IMG/VR virus record: IMGVR_UViG_3300043621_000137
Span: 5,815-69,814 of that record
Reading direction: 5' to 3' (one strand)
DNA: 64,000 nucleotides
Origin: a virus
Part shown: positions 16,685 to 26,317 of the stretch, piece by piece
How positions within the stretch are numbered: the stretch's first letter is position 1
Layout of the letters: each line of letters begins with the position of its first letter
Notes under the pieces: generated by a model
The model's database searches: none
What the model saw: the letters and a program-made list of their open reading frames with translations, nothing else
Told to the model about the DNA's origin: nothing
Translations under genes and position numbers: made by a program

Positions 16685-19681
16685 CTAACTGCCGGGGCGG
16701 GGAAGAAAACTCGCGCCGAGCCAGTGCTGCGGGCGGCCCGGTGCGGTGGGTGAATCGTCCTCGCCCCCGCCCGCCAGCTGCGAGGCCGCCGCCGCGCCGC
16801 CGAGGAGCGCCGGCGGCAGGAACGACATCAGCGAGAAGCCCTGCTGGCGGATGCGCGCCTTCATCTGGGGGGAGAGGCGGGCGATCCAGGCAGGCTCGTG
16901 GACAGTGGCGTCGACTTCACCCATCGTCTGGTACGGTTCGACGACCGCCCAGGGATTGCCCGCGTAACCGATATTGAGGGTACCGGCTGCGCGCTCCGCC
17001 TCCCGCTGACTCATGTTCTGGTAGGACGCCAGGCCCCGCTGCCCAGATCGGTCGATGACCCGATAGCGCGTCACCGGCCCTGGGGCCTTGCCGGGGACCG
17101 GGACGGTGCCCTGCTCGACCTGGCCGCCGAAGGGCTTGAGCAGCTTGTTCAGGCGCGCCGGGAGGAGCTGGTCGTAGAAGGACGTCATGCCCTCGCCGCC
17201 GACCTGGAGGTCGAGGCCGGAGAGCGTCGGGAGGTACGGGTCGCCGTCGCGCGCGGCGGATCGCCGCGTCGCCTCGTGGCTCTCGTTGAGTAGCTCGTCG
17301 ATGCGCTCCTGGGCCGCCTCCTCCGACTTGAACCATTCCAGGGCGCCGTCGTAGGTGTGGAGCGGCTCCCCATTGGGATCGTAGATGTGAAAGTACTCGG
17401 GGGTCGTCTCGTGACCGACGCTCCACTGATCGCGCTCCCACTTCCTCCCTGCTTCGTGGCGCTGGATCTGCTCGGTGAGTTTCGCCGCTGGCCCCTCGCC
17501 GATGTGCTCAGCGATCTCCTCCGGCTCGACACCCTCATCGATCACCCGCGCGCCGTCATGATCGTAGGCCAGCAGCCGTCGCTCGACGGGGTCGTACTCG
17601 ATCTTGCTGACCTGCTTGGCCAGGTCGTACCGCTCATTCTGCGTGCCGCCGCTCGTGAAGCCGAGCCAGGACAGGTCGCGGCGGTGGGCGACGTCGAGGA
17701 GCTGCTGCTTGAGGGCCAGATCGGGCCAGGTCTCCTTGAAGGGGGCGTCGGGGATGCCCTTGGGCGATTCGAGCGCGCGGAGCTGCGTGTTGAGGTGGTT
17801 GTACTGGTCGGAGGCACGGTCAAACTCCGCATTGGCGACCTGCGACGCCCGCTGCGCGGCGCGGGCCTCGGGCGTCGCAGCGGCCCTGTCGCGTGCGGTT
17901 CGCCACGCCTCGATGGGGTCTGATTCCCACCCACCTCCAGAGGGCGCCCGGTACGCCTGGGTCGCCTCGTCGAAACTCTTCAGATGCTGCCACTCGGGCG
18001 GCAGGTACTGGGGCAGGTGCTCGCGCTGCCGATTGATGTGCGCCTGGGTCGCGGCGTCGCGGGCGACGGCCTTCTCATGGAGCGCGGCGTCGGCTGCCGC
18101 CAGCTGAGGGCGCAGCTCCGCCGCTCGGGCCTGCATCTCGGGCGTGACCTGCGCGTAGCCCGACCGCTTGCCCGCCTGGTGCCAGTCGGACTGGATCTCT
18201 TCGAGGAAGCGCCCGCGCTCGCCAGGATCGTGCGGGTAGTTGGTAAACCCACGCGACTGCCCGTACAGCGCCGCCTCGTCGTGCGAGATGAGGCCCTGAC
18301 TCACCGCGCGCTGCGGTGCCCCCGAGGCCAGGTGCTCGGGGCGCGTCACCCCGGCGACGTCTTGAATGATCTGCTCGATTTCGGGGAGCGAGCGCATCCC
18401 CTCGATTGGGAGCGCCCGCTCGGTGGTGCGCGCGTGGGCAAGGATGTTGGGCTGATCGAAGTGGCCGGAGCGGTACTGCGCGTTCGGCAGCGCATTGATC
18501 TGCTGCTGGAGGCGATTGAACTTCTCGACGAGTTCGGGGGGATGTGGCGCAAACCGATCCTCGCCGCGCGCCTGATGGAACGCGGCGATCTCGGCATCGA
18601 CCGCATCCCGCTGGGCGACGAGCTTCTGCATGCCCGCCTCATCCGCGCCCGCTAGCTGCGTGAGCGACTCGCGGTAGTTCTCGCCGCCGGGGAGGGTGTA
18701 GCTCTGGTACTTCGGGGCGGCCGTACCCGACTCGGCAATCGCCCGCGCTTCATCCTCGCGCGCCACCGTCCGCGTCGACCCGTCGGAATACTGCACCACC
18801 CACTGATTGCCCCGTTGTTCCACCGGCAGCGCGCCCCCGAGCACCGTCCGCGTGATCTCGGGCGGCGGGTGCGCCTCCAGATGCTGCGCCAGCTCCTCCT
18901 TCGAGATGAGCTGGTTCCCCTTGCGGGTGATCAGGTCGGGCAGGTTGCGGTAGGCGACCTCCTCCTGGCTCGCGCCCGACTTCAGGAGCGAGGCGAGCTT
19001 GTTCGGATGGATGCCCTTCTTGCCGACTTGCTCAGCGACCCGATCGACGCGCGAGAAGAAGCCCGGCGGCAGCACGGCGGCCAGGTGCGCGGCGGCCCCA
19101 CCGACAAACGGCGCGGCGGCCTTGAGCGCCGGGCCGATGGGCAGGTCGAGATTCGTCGCGATGCCGAGCGGCGTCGAGTTTTGGACGCCCTGGTCGATGA
19201 GCTGGTGGGGGATCCAGTCGTTGGGCGCGTTGAGGATGTCACCGACCACCGCGGGGATGCCCGCCCGGGCCATCGCCTCACGCGCCGGGGCGTTGCGCTC
19301 ATCGAGGGCCTGGTGACCCAGCTGAGCGAGCGCCTCGGTCGAGGGGGCCGTCTCCCAAAGCGGGGCGTAGTCCTCCTTGAACTGGTGCGCGATCCCCTGC
19401 ACGGGTGCTGAGCCAAGGATGCGCTTGACGGGGTCGATGACCGACGAGTTGATGAACGCCTGGGTCTGCTGCCCGCGCTTCGCCCGCCAGGCTTCCATCC
19501 CGGCGTCGAACGTCTTCGCGCGCGCCTGCTGCTCGGGCGTGGCGGCGGGCAGCTTCGCGTTGACCCAGTCGCGGGCGCGCGTGATCTTGTCGGTGACCGC
19601 GTCGACCTCGTCGTCGACGCCGACAAGCTCCATGAGCCGGCGCCAGAAGGAGGGAGGGGTGGGATCGTCGGCGGCAGCCAT
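16685..19681 (-). CDS. Large internal virion / ejected protein with EEIQSD domain
   Basis: FFSR...YTLPGGENYRE...HFDQPNILAHAR...FLEEIQSDWHQ...PDAPFK...GMTSFYD; follows the ejection genes. Confidence 0.75.
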   Translation of the reverse strand: MAAADDPTPPSFWRRLMELVGVDDEVDAVTDKITRARDWVNAKLPAATPEQQARAKTFDAGMEAWRAKRGQQTQAFINSSVIDPVKRILGSAPVQGIAHQFKEDYAPLWETAPSTEALAQLGHQALDERNAPAREAMARAGIPAVVGDILNAPNDWIPHQLIDQGVQNSTPLGIATNLDLPIGPALKAAAPFVGGAAAHLAAVLPPGFFSRVDRVAEQVGKKGIHPNKLASLLKSGASQEEVAYRNLPDLITRKGNQLISKEELAQHLEAHPPPEITRTVLGGALPVEQRGNQWVVQYSDGSTRTVAREDEARAIAESGTAAPKYQSYTLPGGENYRESLTQLAGADEAGMQKLVAQRDAVDAEIAAFHQARGEDRFAPHPPELVEKFNRLQQQINALPNAQYRSGHFDQPNILAHARTTERALPIEGMRSLPEIEQIIQDVAGVTRPEHLASGAPQRAVSQGLISHDEAALYGQSRGFTNYPHDPGERGRFLEEIQSDWHQAGKRSGYAQVTPEMQARAAELRPQLAAADAALHEKAVARDAATQAHINRQREHLPQYLPPEWQHLKSFDEATQAYRAPSGGGWESDPIEAWRTARDRAAATPEARAAQRASQVANAEFDRASDQYNHLNTQLRALESPKGIPDAPFKETWPDLALKQQLLDVAHRRDLSWLGFTSGGTQNERYDLAKQVSKIEYDPVERRLLAYDHDGARVIDEGVEPEEIAEHIGEGPAAKLTEQIQRHEAGRKWERDQWSVGHETTPEYFHIYDPNGEPLHTYDGALEWFKSEEAAQERIDELLNESHEATRRSAARDGDPYLPTLSGLDLQVGGEGMTSFYDQLLPARLNKLLKPFGGQVEQGTVPVPGKAPGPVTRYRVIDRSGQRGLASYQNMSQREAERAAGTLNIGYAGNPWAVVEPYQTMGEVDATVHEPAWIARLSPQMKARIRQQGFSLMSFLPPALLGGAAAASQLAGGGEDDSPTAPGRPQHWLGASFLPRPGS

Positions 19682-19690
19682 GTCTGAGGC

Positions 19691-22168
19691 CTAGCGACGG
19701 GGCGTGGTCGCCCGAGCGGGCGGCATCGGCGGCGGAGGCGGTGGGGCGTGCTTGTCGTCCTTCAGGAGCGCGTGCGCCTGCTGCAGCCACTGCGCGGCGG
19801 CCGGCGTGCCGCCGGGGATGGTCAGCCCCTGGGTGAGCAGCCGCACGCCGGTCGGGTGGTTCATCAAGATCGCCATCGCGCCTGTCCCCAGCGTCTCCCC
19901 GACCCCCCACACGGGATTCTTCGCGGCCAAGAACACCTGCCCCACCGCGTGCGCGAAGGTGCCCGACCCCGAGGGGTTCGGGTGCTCGGCGAGCATCCGC
20001 CCCAGCCGGAAGAAATTGTCGAGGTCGGCAATGTGCTGCGGGCTGTAGAGGAGCTGCTTGGTCTGGTCGCCGAGCGCGTTCCACTTGTTCGCGACCGCAG
20101 CGGCCTTCTTGTAGCCGCCTTCTTCGGTCGCCGTCGTCAGCAAGTTCTGGAGGTACCCCCGGCCGAGCTTCCGCATCTCGGGCTGGCCGACTTCCTTGGC
20201 GAGCTTTGTGAGGTACTCGATGTTGACGTCGTCGGCGCGGGTGGCGAGGTCGAAGCCGCGCATCGGCTCGGCGCCACGGGTCTGCACCTCGTGCGCGGTA
20301 CCCGAGAACTTGGTCCGCAGGTCGTCGACCATGTGCTTGAGTGCGGTCTCCCGTCGGCCCTTCTGCAGGCCGGCGAGGATGGCCGGGTCGGCCTGCGTCG
20401 CCGCGTGGTCGACCGCGTCCTGGAGCACCCGGACGCCCTGGGCCGCGATCCCCTGGCTGCGGTTGCGGAGGCCGCCGCTCGCATCGGCGAGCCCCTTGAG
20501 CGCGCCCAGGTCTTTCTCCAGGGCGAGGAGCTCGTGGTAGTCGCCGCCGCCCATGATCCGGCGGAGCGCGGGGAGGGCAGGCGAGGCCTCTTGGACCGCG
20601 ATCGTCGCCCCCTCCAGCTCCTTGAGGAGCGGACGCAGCGCCTGGCGGATCGGCCCCATCGCGACCGGCGCCTGCATCGTGGTCATGATCGGCGCGCCGG
20701 TGTGGGTGCTGATCTGGCCGGTCGTCACCTGTTGGGCCGGCAGCCCCGCGACGGCCTGCTCGGCGGCGTCGTAGCCGACACTCGCCTCGCGCCCCAGGGT
20801 GCCGACGCGGGTATCGAGCGCCTGACCGACGGACTTACCCGCTTGCGAGGGCGTCAGGGGGACGGGATGGATCTTGTCGGCAAGGTCCTCCCCCAGCGCG
20901 GTCAGTCGCTTGCCGCGGAGGTACTCGACCGCCTGGCGCACGGGCGCGCCGAGGAGGGAGTTTTCGGCCCCGACCTGGAGCCGCTTCATAAACAGGTTGG
21001 CGGTGGACGTCGCCAGGTCGATGGGGATGCCGTGGGCGCGCCCGAAGTCGACCGCTGCCTGCCCGACCGCCGGGAGCTTCGAGGCGAAGAGCGCGCGCCC
21101 GGCCTCCCCGAGGACGGGGATACTCCCCGCAATGCCCGCCGCCCAGCCGGGGTCTTGGCCCTGCGCCTTGGCGATGCCCGCCGCGCCGGCTCCTTCAATC
21201 GCCGCGCGGGGGAGGAGGCGTGCGGCCGTCTTGCCGACGATGGGCGCCAGGCGCGGGGCGGTAGCGGCCGTTACGCCGCGCGCCAGGCCGGCGACCTTGC
21301 TCGCCGGGACCAGCGCTTCGGCCACCTGCTCGCCGAACTTGCCGACCTTCTGGGCCGTGTCGCTCGGCGCGAGGACCTGGTCCGCCTGGCGGAAGGCCTC
21401 GGCTGAGAGCCCCGGGCGCCCGTAGAGCGCGTCGACGGCGCTGCTGACGCCCGGGATCTTATGCACGAGGCCCCCGAGGTTGGCCGCCGTCTGCCCCGCC
21501 CCCTTGGCCGCCCCGAGGGCGAGATCCTCGCCCGTCGCCAAGAGCGCCGAGGGGCTGTACCACGGGGGCGCCGAGGGCGTCGCCGGGGTGGTGGGGGTCG
21601 TGCGCTGCTTGAGCTCCTCGGCGGTCGGGACGTGAATGTCGCCGGGGCGCTCCGGGCGCCGCCCCGGCGGGTCCGGCCGGGACGTGGCCCCTGGCGCCGC
21701 CGCCCCCCGCTCGCGCGCCTCCACCCGCTGCCGGAAGTCGGCGAGCGCCTCCTTCACGTACTGAGCGGTCACCGGCCCGTGCTGCGCCAGGTCGGGGCCG
21801 CCGTGGTAGTAGCCGAAGATGGCCGCCGGGTTCGGGTCGTGGTCGCTGGCCTCCCGGATGTTGCGGATGCCTGCCTCGATGTTCTGGAAGGGGTCGGCCG
21901 GGTCGAGGTTGTACGCCTTGGCGGTCGCCGGCATGAGCTGAAAGAAGCCGACCGCGTGGCCCCCGGGCGTCGGCGCGCCGGTCGTGATCGATCCGTCGGC
22001 CGCCTGATGGACGCCCCGCGACTCGCGGTCGAGGATCGTGAAGGCCAGCTCCGGGTCGACCTGGTACTTCTTCGCCGTCTCGCGCACGTAGTCGCGCAGC
22101 GTCGACGGCTGGGTGGCCTGCGGCGGTGGCGGTGGGGGCGGCGCGGCGGCCGAGGCCTGGGGGTCCAT
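19691..22168 (-). CDS. Ejection protein with N-terminal lytic transglycosylase (SLT) domain
   Basis: AKKYQVDPELAFTILDRES, GFFQLMPATA, DPFQNIEAG, YHGGP. Confidence 0.85.
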   Translation of the reverse strand: MDPQASAAAPPPPPPPQATQPSTLRDYVRETAKKYQVDPELAFTILDRESRGVHQAADGSITTGAPTPGGHAVGFFQLMPATAKAYNLDPADPFQNIEAGIRNIREASDHDPNPAAIFGYYHGGPDLAQHGPVTAQYVKEALADFRQRVEARERGAAAPGATSRPDPPGRRPERPGDIHVPTAEELKQRTTPTTPATPSAPPWYSPSALLATGEDLALGAAKGAGQTAANLGGLVHKIPGVSSAVDALYGRPGLSAEAFRQADQVLAPSDTAQKVGKFGEQVAEALVPASKVAGLARGVTAATAPRLAPIVGKTAARLLPRAAIEGAGAAGIAKAQGQDPGWAAGIAGSIPVLGEAGRALFASKLPAVGQAAVDFGRAHGIPIDLATSTANLFMKRLQVGAENSLLGAPVRQAVEYLRGKRLTALGEDLADKIHPVPLTPSQAGKSVGQALDTRVGTLGREASVGYDAAEQAVAGLPAQQVTTGQISTHTGAPIMTTMQAPVAMGPIRQALRPLLKELEGATIAVQEASPALPALRRIMGGGDYHELLALEKDLGALKGLADASGGLRNRSQGIAAQGVRVLQDAVDHAATQADPAILAGLQKGRRETALKHMVDDLRTKFSGTAHEVQTRGAEPMRGFDLATRADDVNIEYLTKLAKEVGQPEMRKLGRGYLQNLLTTATEEGGYKKAAAVANKWNALGDQTKQLLYSPQHIADLDNFFRLGRMLAEHPNPSGSGTFAHAVGQVFLAAKNPVWGVGETLGTGAMAILMNHPTGVRLLTQGLTIPGGTPAAAQWLQQAHALLKDDKHAPPPPPPMPPARATTPRR

Positions 22169-22169
22169 G

Positions 22170-24080
22170 CTACGGCCTCTTGATGCGGTAGGTGCCGTCG
22201 GGGAGCTTCTCGTACTCCGAGTCGAGCGAGACACCCCCGGTCACGGGTTTGCCGCCACCGCCAGCCGCCGGCGGCGGGGTGACCGGGGCTTTCACGCCGC
22301 CGCCGAAGATGAAGCCGGGGTCGATCCCGTGCGCGTTGGCCCGATCCTCGATGCGCCCCCGCTCGTTGTCGTTCCAGCCCTTCATGTTCTCCAGGAACTG
22401 GCGCGAGGTTTCGACCATCGCGGCCATATCCTCGACCGGGACGCCCGCCCCGCCCGCCTTGAGCTTCTCCCAGCCGCCTTCGAGCCGTTGGATGAGCCCG
22501 AGCCCCTCGGCGGTCCGCGCGTACTCGCTTTCGCGGACGACGGAGGTCGGGTCGAGCATCTTCTGGAAGGTGATGAGGATGTCCTGCGCGCCGCCGATGC
22601 GGTCGCCTTCCTGGAAGCGCTTCAGTCCGGTTTGCATGAGGGTGAACTGCCGCGCCATCTCGCGGAGCGGCTGCTGGAGGCGCAGCCACTTCGTGTTGAG
22701 GACTTCGATGAGCTGCGACGTGGCCTGCGCCGTGAGCGGGGCGTCGTGGAGCGCTTCGGCTCGCGCGAGGGCGACCTCGGCTGCTTGGAGCGCCTGCCGA
22801 TGGCGCAGTTCCTCGTTGACGCGCGCCACCTGGACGGGCGCGATCCGGCGCATCGTCTCCCGGGGATCCTCACCCTGCTTGCCGTACATCTCGTAGGCGA
22901 CGCTGTCCCGGTTCCCCACGGTGCCGCCCGCGAGCGGGCCCAGGCTCGGGATCGAGTTGACGACCTTGCCGGTCTGCGCGTCGTAGAGATCCTGCACCCA
23001 GGTGCCATCCGGGAGCGGCCGGCTGTTGCCCTCCCGCAAGGTCGCCGCCGCGCCCGCACGCGTGCGCATCTGCGCCTCGGCCCACATCCGCAGGCCGTCG
23101 GCCTGGGGATTGGGGCTGCCCTGCGCCTCGGCGACCCGGATCCAGCTCTGCTGCTCCCCCTCGTCCGCGCCGGCCGACCGCGCCACGGCCTCCTGCCGCG
23201 CGAGGTCGCTCGACGACGGGAAGATCGGGCGCAGGGTCGTCCGCTGCGGGGGCACGGGGACACCCCGCCCGACCTGGCCGGTCGTGGCGCCCGATTGCCC
23301 GTCGGCGATGAGGCCGGGGGGACGGGGCGGCGCGGCGGACACCGGCAGCGGCGGCCCCGCGGGCGGCTGGGGCGGCGGCATGAACGAGACGCCCGACGAC
23401 GGTGGCCCCCCCGTGGGCGCCGCCGCGCCTGGGGCTTGGGCCTGGGCCTCCGGCGGCGGCGCGAAGGAGGCACGCGGATCCGCCCCGAACGCGGACGGCG
23501 CGCCTGGGATGGGCGCCCCGCCTGGCCCGGGGAAGGCCGGCATCGGCGGCCGCGCGGGGGGCGGCGTCCCGAAGGTGGCGCCGGGCGGCGGGCCACCGAG
23601 CACCGAGGGGGGCTGGGGCGGCGGCGCGCTGGGCTGAGGCGTGCCGGGCTGGGTCGTCGGCGCGGGCGTCGCCGGCGTGACCGGCCCGCCCTCGACCGCA
23701 CTGGTCGACGGCTGCGCGAGCGACCCAGTCGCGGGGGCGGCGACCGAGCCGGCGGGCGTCGGGATCGACGGGGTCGCGGGCGGGGTGCCCCCACGCGCGT
23801 CACCCGGCCGCTGCTGCGCCCGCCGAATGATGTCCAGGTAGGGCGTCTGCTCGATCTCGCCCATCCAGCCGGCGAGGCCCCCCTTGCGTTTGCGGGGGTT
23901 CGCCAAGTCGAGGATGCCGGCGCCCGCGTAGGCCTGCATCTCCTCGTCGTCTGAGTTGAGCAGCGCCTGGAAGGCGCGCCCCTGCCGGTCGGCGGCCTTC
24001 TCGGCCTCGTCCCGCTTCTGTTTCTCGATCTCGTAGTGTCGATCGGCGTAGCCGGTGAGCACGCCCTCAAGCCATCCGAT
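22170..24080 (-). CDS. Ejection / internal virion protein, Pro-rich (start unresolved, no ATG at the expected position)
   Basis: Protein-like from IGWLEGVLTGY; C-terminal KMLDPTSVVRESEY motif seen in podoviral ejection proteins. Confidence 0.75.
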   Translation of the reverse strand: MGWLEGVLTGYADRHYEIEKQKRDEAEKAADRQGRAFQALLNSDDEEMQAYAGAGILDLANPRKRKGGLAGWMGEIEQTPYLDIIRRAQQRPGDARGGTPPATPSIPTPAGSVAAPATGSLAQPSTSAVEGGPVTPATPAPTTQPGTPQPSAPPPQPPSVLGGPPPGATFGTPPPARPPMPAFPGPGGAPIPGAPSAFGADPRASFAPPPEAQAQAPGAAAPTGGPPSSGVSFMPPPQPPAGPPLPVSAAPPRPPGLIADGQSGATTGQVGRGVPVPPQRTTLRPIFPSSSDLARQEAVARSAGADEGEQQSWIRVAEAQGSPNPQADGLRMWAEAQMRTRAGAAATLREGNSRPLPDGTWVQDLYDAQTGKVVNSIPSLGPLAGGTVGNRDSVAYEMYGKQGEDPRETMRRIAPVQVARVNEELRHRQALQAAEVALARAEALHDAPLTAQATSQLIEVLNTKWLRLQQPLREMARQFTLMQTGLKRFQEGDRIGGAQDILITFQKMLDPTSVVRESEYARTAEGLGLIQRLEGGWEKLKAGGAGVPVEDMAAMVETSRQFLENMKGWNDNERGRIEDRANAHGIDPGFIFGGGVKAPVTPPPAAGGGGKPVTGGVSLDSEYEKLPDGTYRIKRP

Positions 24081-24084
24081 ATGG

Positions 24085-24543
24085 CTACCCGCCCTTCTGT
24101 TCGTGTGCAGCCTGATCCACAGGAGGTTGCCGAGGCACGACCCAAACGTAGCGCGGTTCACGTCCCTTGCGCCTCGCCCAGGTGTCGCGCATCCAGTACG
24201 GCGCCTGCCGTCGATGTTTCGGGCGCGGCCGCGTGTTGGCGTGCTGTTCCTTCGGCGTCGCCCAGCGGACGTTCCCCGGCTCGTAGTCTCCCGCGTTGTT
24301 GATGCGATCGAGCGTGTGCTGAGGAGAGGGTCGACGCCCCACGTCGGCGAGAAACGCCACGTAGGAGGCCTGCCAGCGCGCGCAGACCGTGATACCCCGC
24401 CCCCCGTAGTTGTGGTAGTCCTTCGCCGCCGGATTGCGGCAACGGCGCCGCATGTTCTTCCAGCAGGTGTACTCAGGCGGGCGTGGGGCCCCACGGGACA
24501 CCCCACGCAGATCGCCATGCGGTTCTCGCTGCTCCCATCCCAT
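24085..24543 (-). CDS. HNH homing endonuclease
   Basis: WKNMRRRC, YGGRGITVC, TLDRINNAGDYEPGNVRWAT...HAN; GGAGG RBS. Confidence 0.9.
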   Translation of the reverse strand: MGWEQREPHGDLRGVSRGAPRPPEYTCWKNMRRRCRNPAAKDYHNYGGRGITVCARWQASYVAFLADVGRRPSPQHTLDRINNAGDYEPGNVRWATPKEQHANTRPRPKHRRQAPYWMRDTWARRKGREPRYVWVVPRQPPVDQAAHEQKGG

Positions 24544-24555
24544 CGCCCGCCTCCC

Positions 24556-26259
24556 TCAGTACTGGCCCAGGCCGAAGTCGACCGGCGGGCGATACGACGC
24601 GGCCGGCTTGCGCACCCCGGTGCGGAAGTCGACGCCCAGGTTGCCCGGCGTCGAGAAGGGGAGCTGGCCCGCGCCAGGCGTCGGGGCGGGCGGCGGCTGG
24701 AGCGTCCCGCCCTGCGGCGCGGTTGGGGCCGGAGCCGGGGACGGCGGTCCCTGGACCCGACCGTTGTCTTGCGTCGTGCCGGTCGTCGGCTTCGCGCCCT
24801 TCTTGAACGCCACCTCGCCCACGTCGCGCGCCAGGCCCCCGATCGCCGCGCCGGTCTCGCCGCCTTCCTTGCGGGCGTACGTGCGGTTGGCCGCCCCCTG
24901 GGTGAGCAGGTTGCCGTAGACGTTCCCCGCGTTGCCGAGCATGGCAGTCCCCTGCCCGAGCGCGTTGTTGCCGAGGCTCGCGAGCTGCTCAGCGGCGTAG
25001 GGCTGCACGCCGGTCGTCAAGCCCGCGATCTTGCTCGCGCGGTCCCGGTTGAGGTCGGTCGCCGCCAGGTCGCGCGCCGCGCCGCGGATGCCCTGCTGGT
25101 TGAGGTTGCGCTCGGCGCCGCGGTAGACCCCCGTGAGCTGCGCCGTCGGCCCGGCGACCGCCTGGGCCATCGCCGCGCGGTTGCCGCCGAGCAGCGTCTG
25201 GTAGTAGGCCGCCGGGTCGGCCAGGTAGTTCTGCCCCTGGCGGGCGAGTGACCCACCCAGCTGGCCCATCTGGCCGGCGGCGCCTTGGGCGCCCCCGAGG
25301 GCGGCCAGCTCCTCGGGCGAGCGCTTTTGCGCCATCTTGGTCGCTTGTTGGCCGGCGAGCATGCCGCCGACGACCCCGCCGCCCTGCGCGATGAGGGGGC
25401 CGTACTTCTCCCAGAAGCCGGGGGGCTGGTCGCCGGGGGGCTGCTGTTGCTGCTGCTGCCCGCCGGTCTGGCCGCCGGTCGGCGCCGCGCCGCCGCGACC
25501 CCAGCCCAGGCCGGTCGACGGCGAGCCCCCCGGGTAGGTCGGCTGCGCGCTGCCGCCCTGCTGTGAGGCCGCTAGGCCGCCCTGCACGGCGCCAGTCAGC
25601 AGGCTCCGCCAGTCGACGCCCGGCGCGCTCGCCTGCCCCTGGGGCGCGACCACGCGCTGCCCCGACGAGGCGAAGTTGTTGCCCGAGGGCGCGCGCCCGT
25701 TGAACTGCTTGCCCAGATAGTTGCTGAACACGTTGCCCCCTTGTGCCGCCAGTCCCCCGGGGACGCCAGCCTGCTGCAGCCCCTTGCTGGCGTACTGGCT
25801 GCCGACGTTCAGCGCGACGTTCTTGCCGATCTGCTGAGCCGCCTGCTTGACCCCGCCCGCCCCGCCGGTCGTCCCGATCCCGGAGAGCGCCCCTGACCCG
25901 CCCGCCTGGAGCGAGTTCTTGAGCCCCTGGCCGGTCGCCAGGCTCGTCCCCGTCCCGGTGGCGAAGTTGGTCGCCGCGCCCTTGGCGACGCCCTTGGCGA
26001 CCTCCTTCAACCCGACCTTGGTCGCCCCGCTGGCCACCGCCCCGCCCGCCCCGGGGACGGGGATGGCCCCCAGGCCGCCGCCAAGGAGCGCGCCCTTCCA
26101 GCCGCCGCCATCGAGCGCGCCGCTGAGCGCCCCGGCGCCGGCGCCGAGCGCGAGGAGCGAGGCGCCGCCGGTGAAGGGCGCGGCGACGAGCGGCGCCGCC
26201 TTCAGCGCGATCTTGCCGACCTGCTTCCACCGCTTGCCGGAGATGCCGAGAAAGCCCAT
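24556..26259 (-). CDS. Gly/Ala-rich pilot / DNA-transfer protein
   Basis: N-terminal hydrophobic glycine-zipper (APFTGGASLLALGAG); first of the ejection genes. Confidence 0.7.
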   Translation of the reverse strand: MGFLGISGKRWKQVGKIALKAAPLVAAPFTGGASLLALGAGAGALSGALDGGGWKGALLGGGLGAIPVPGAGGAVASGATKVGLKEVAKGVAKGAATNFATGTGTSLATGQGLKNSLQAGGSGALSGIGTTGGAGGVKQAAQQIGKNVALNVGSQYASKGLQQAGVPGGLAAQGGNVFSNYLGKQFNGRAPSGNNFASSGQRVVAPQGQASAPGVDWRSLLTGAVQGGLAASQQGGSAQPTYPGGSPSTGLGWGRGGAAPTGGQTGGQQQQQQPPGDQPPGFWEKYGPLIAQGGGVVGGMLAGQQATKMAQKRSPEELAALGGAQGAAGQMGQLGGSLARQGQNYLADPAAYYQTLLGGNRAAMAQAVAGPTAQLTGVYRGAERNLNQQGIRGAARDLAATDLNRDRASKIAGLTTGVQPYAAEQLASLGNNALGQGTAMLGNAGNVYGNLLTQGAANRTYARKEGGETGAAIGGLARDVGEVAFKKGAKPTTGTTQDNGRVQGPPSPAPAPTAPQGGTLQPPPAPTPGAGQLPFSTPGNLGVDFRTGVRKPAASYRPPVDFGLGQY

Positions 26260-26280
26260 GGTCGCTTACCCTCGCGTCAG

Positions 26281-26317
26281 ATCATCGGCCGTCGGGCCGG
26301 GTTGACAAGATCCCCCC
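26281..26317 (-). promoter_or_regulatory. Late promoter motif, copy A
   Basis: GGGGGATC-TTGTCA-N16-GATGAT. Confidence 0.6.

Noticed and set aside
16485-22168. Complete lysis cassette
   Set aside because: Only a holin-like peptide is present; the SLT domain belongs to a virion protein and no endolysin was recognised
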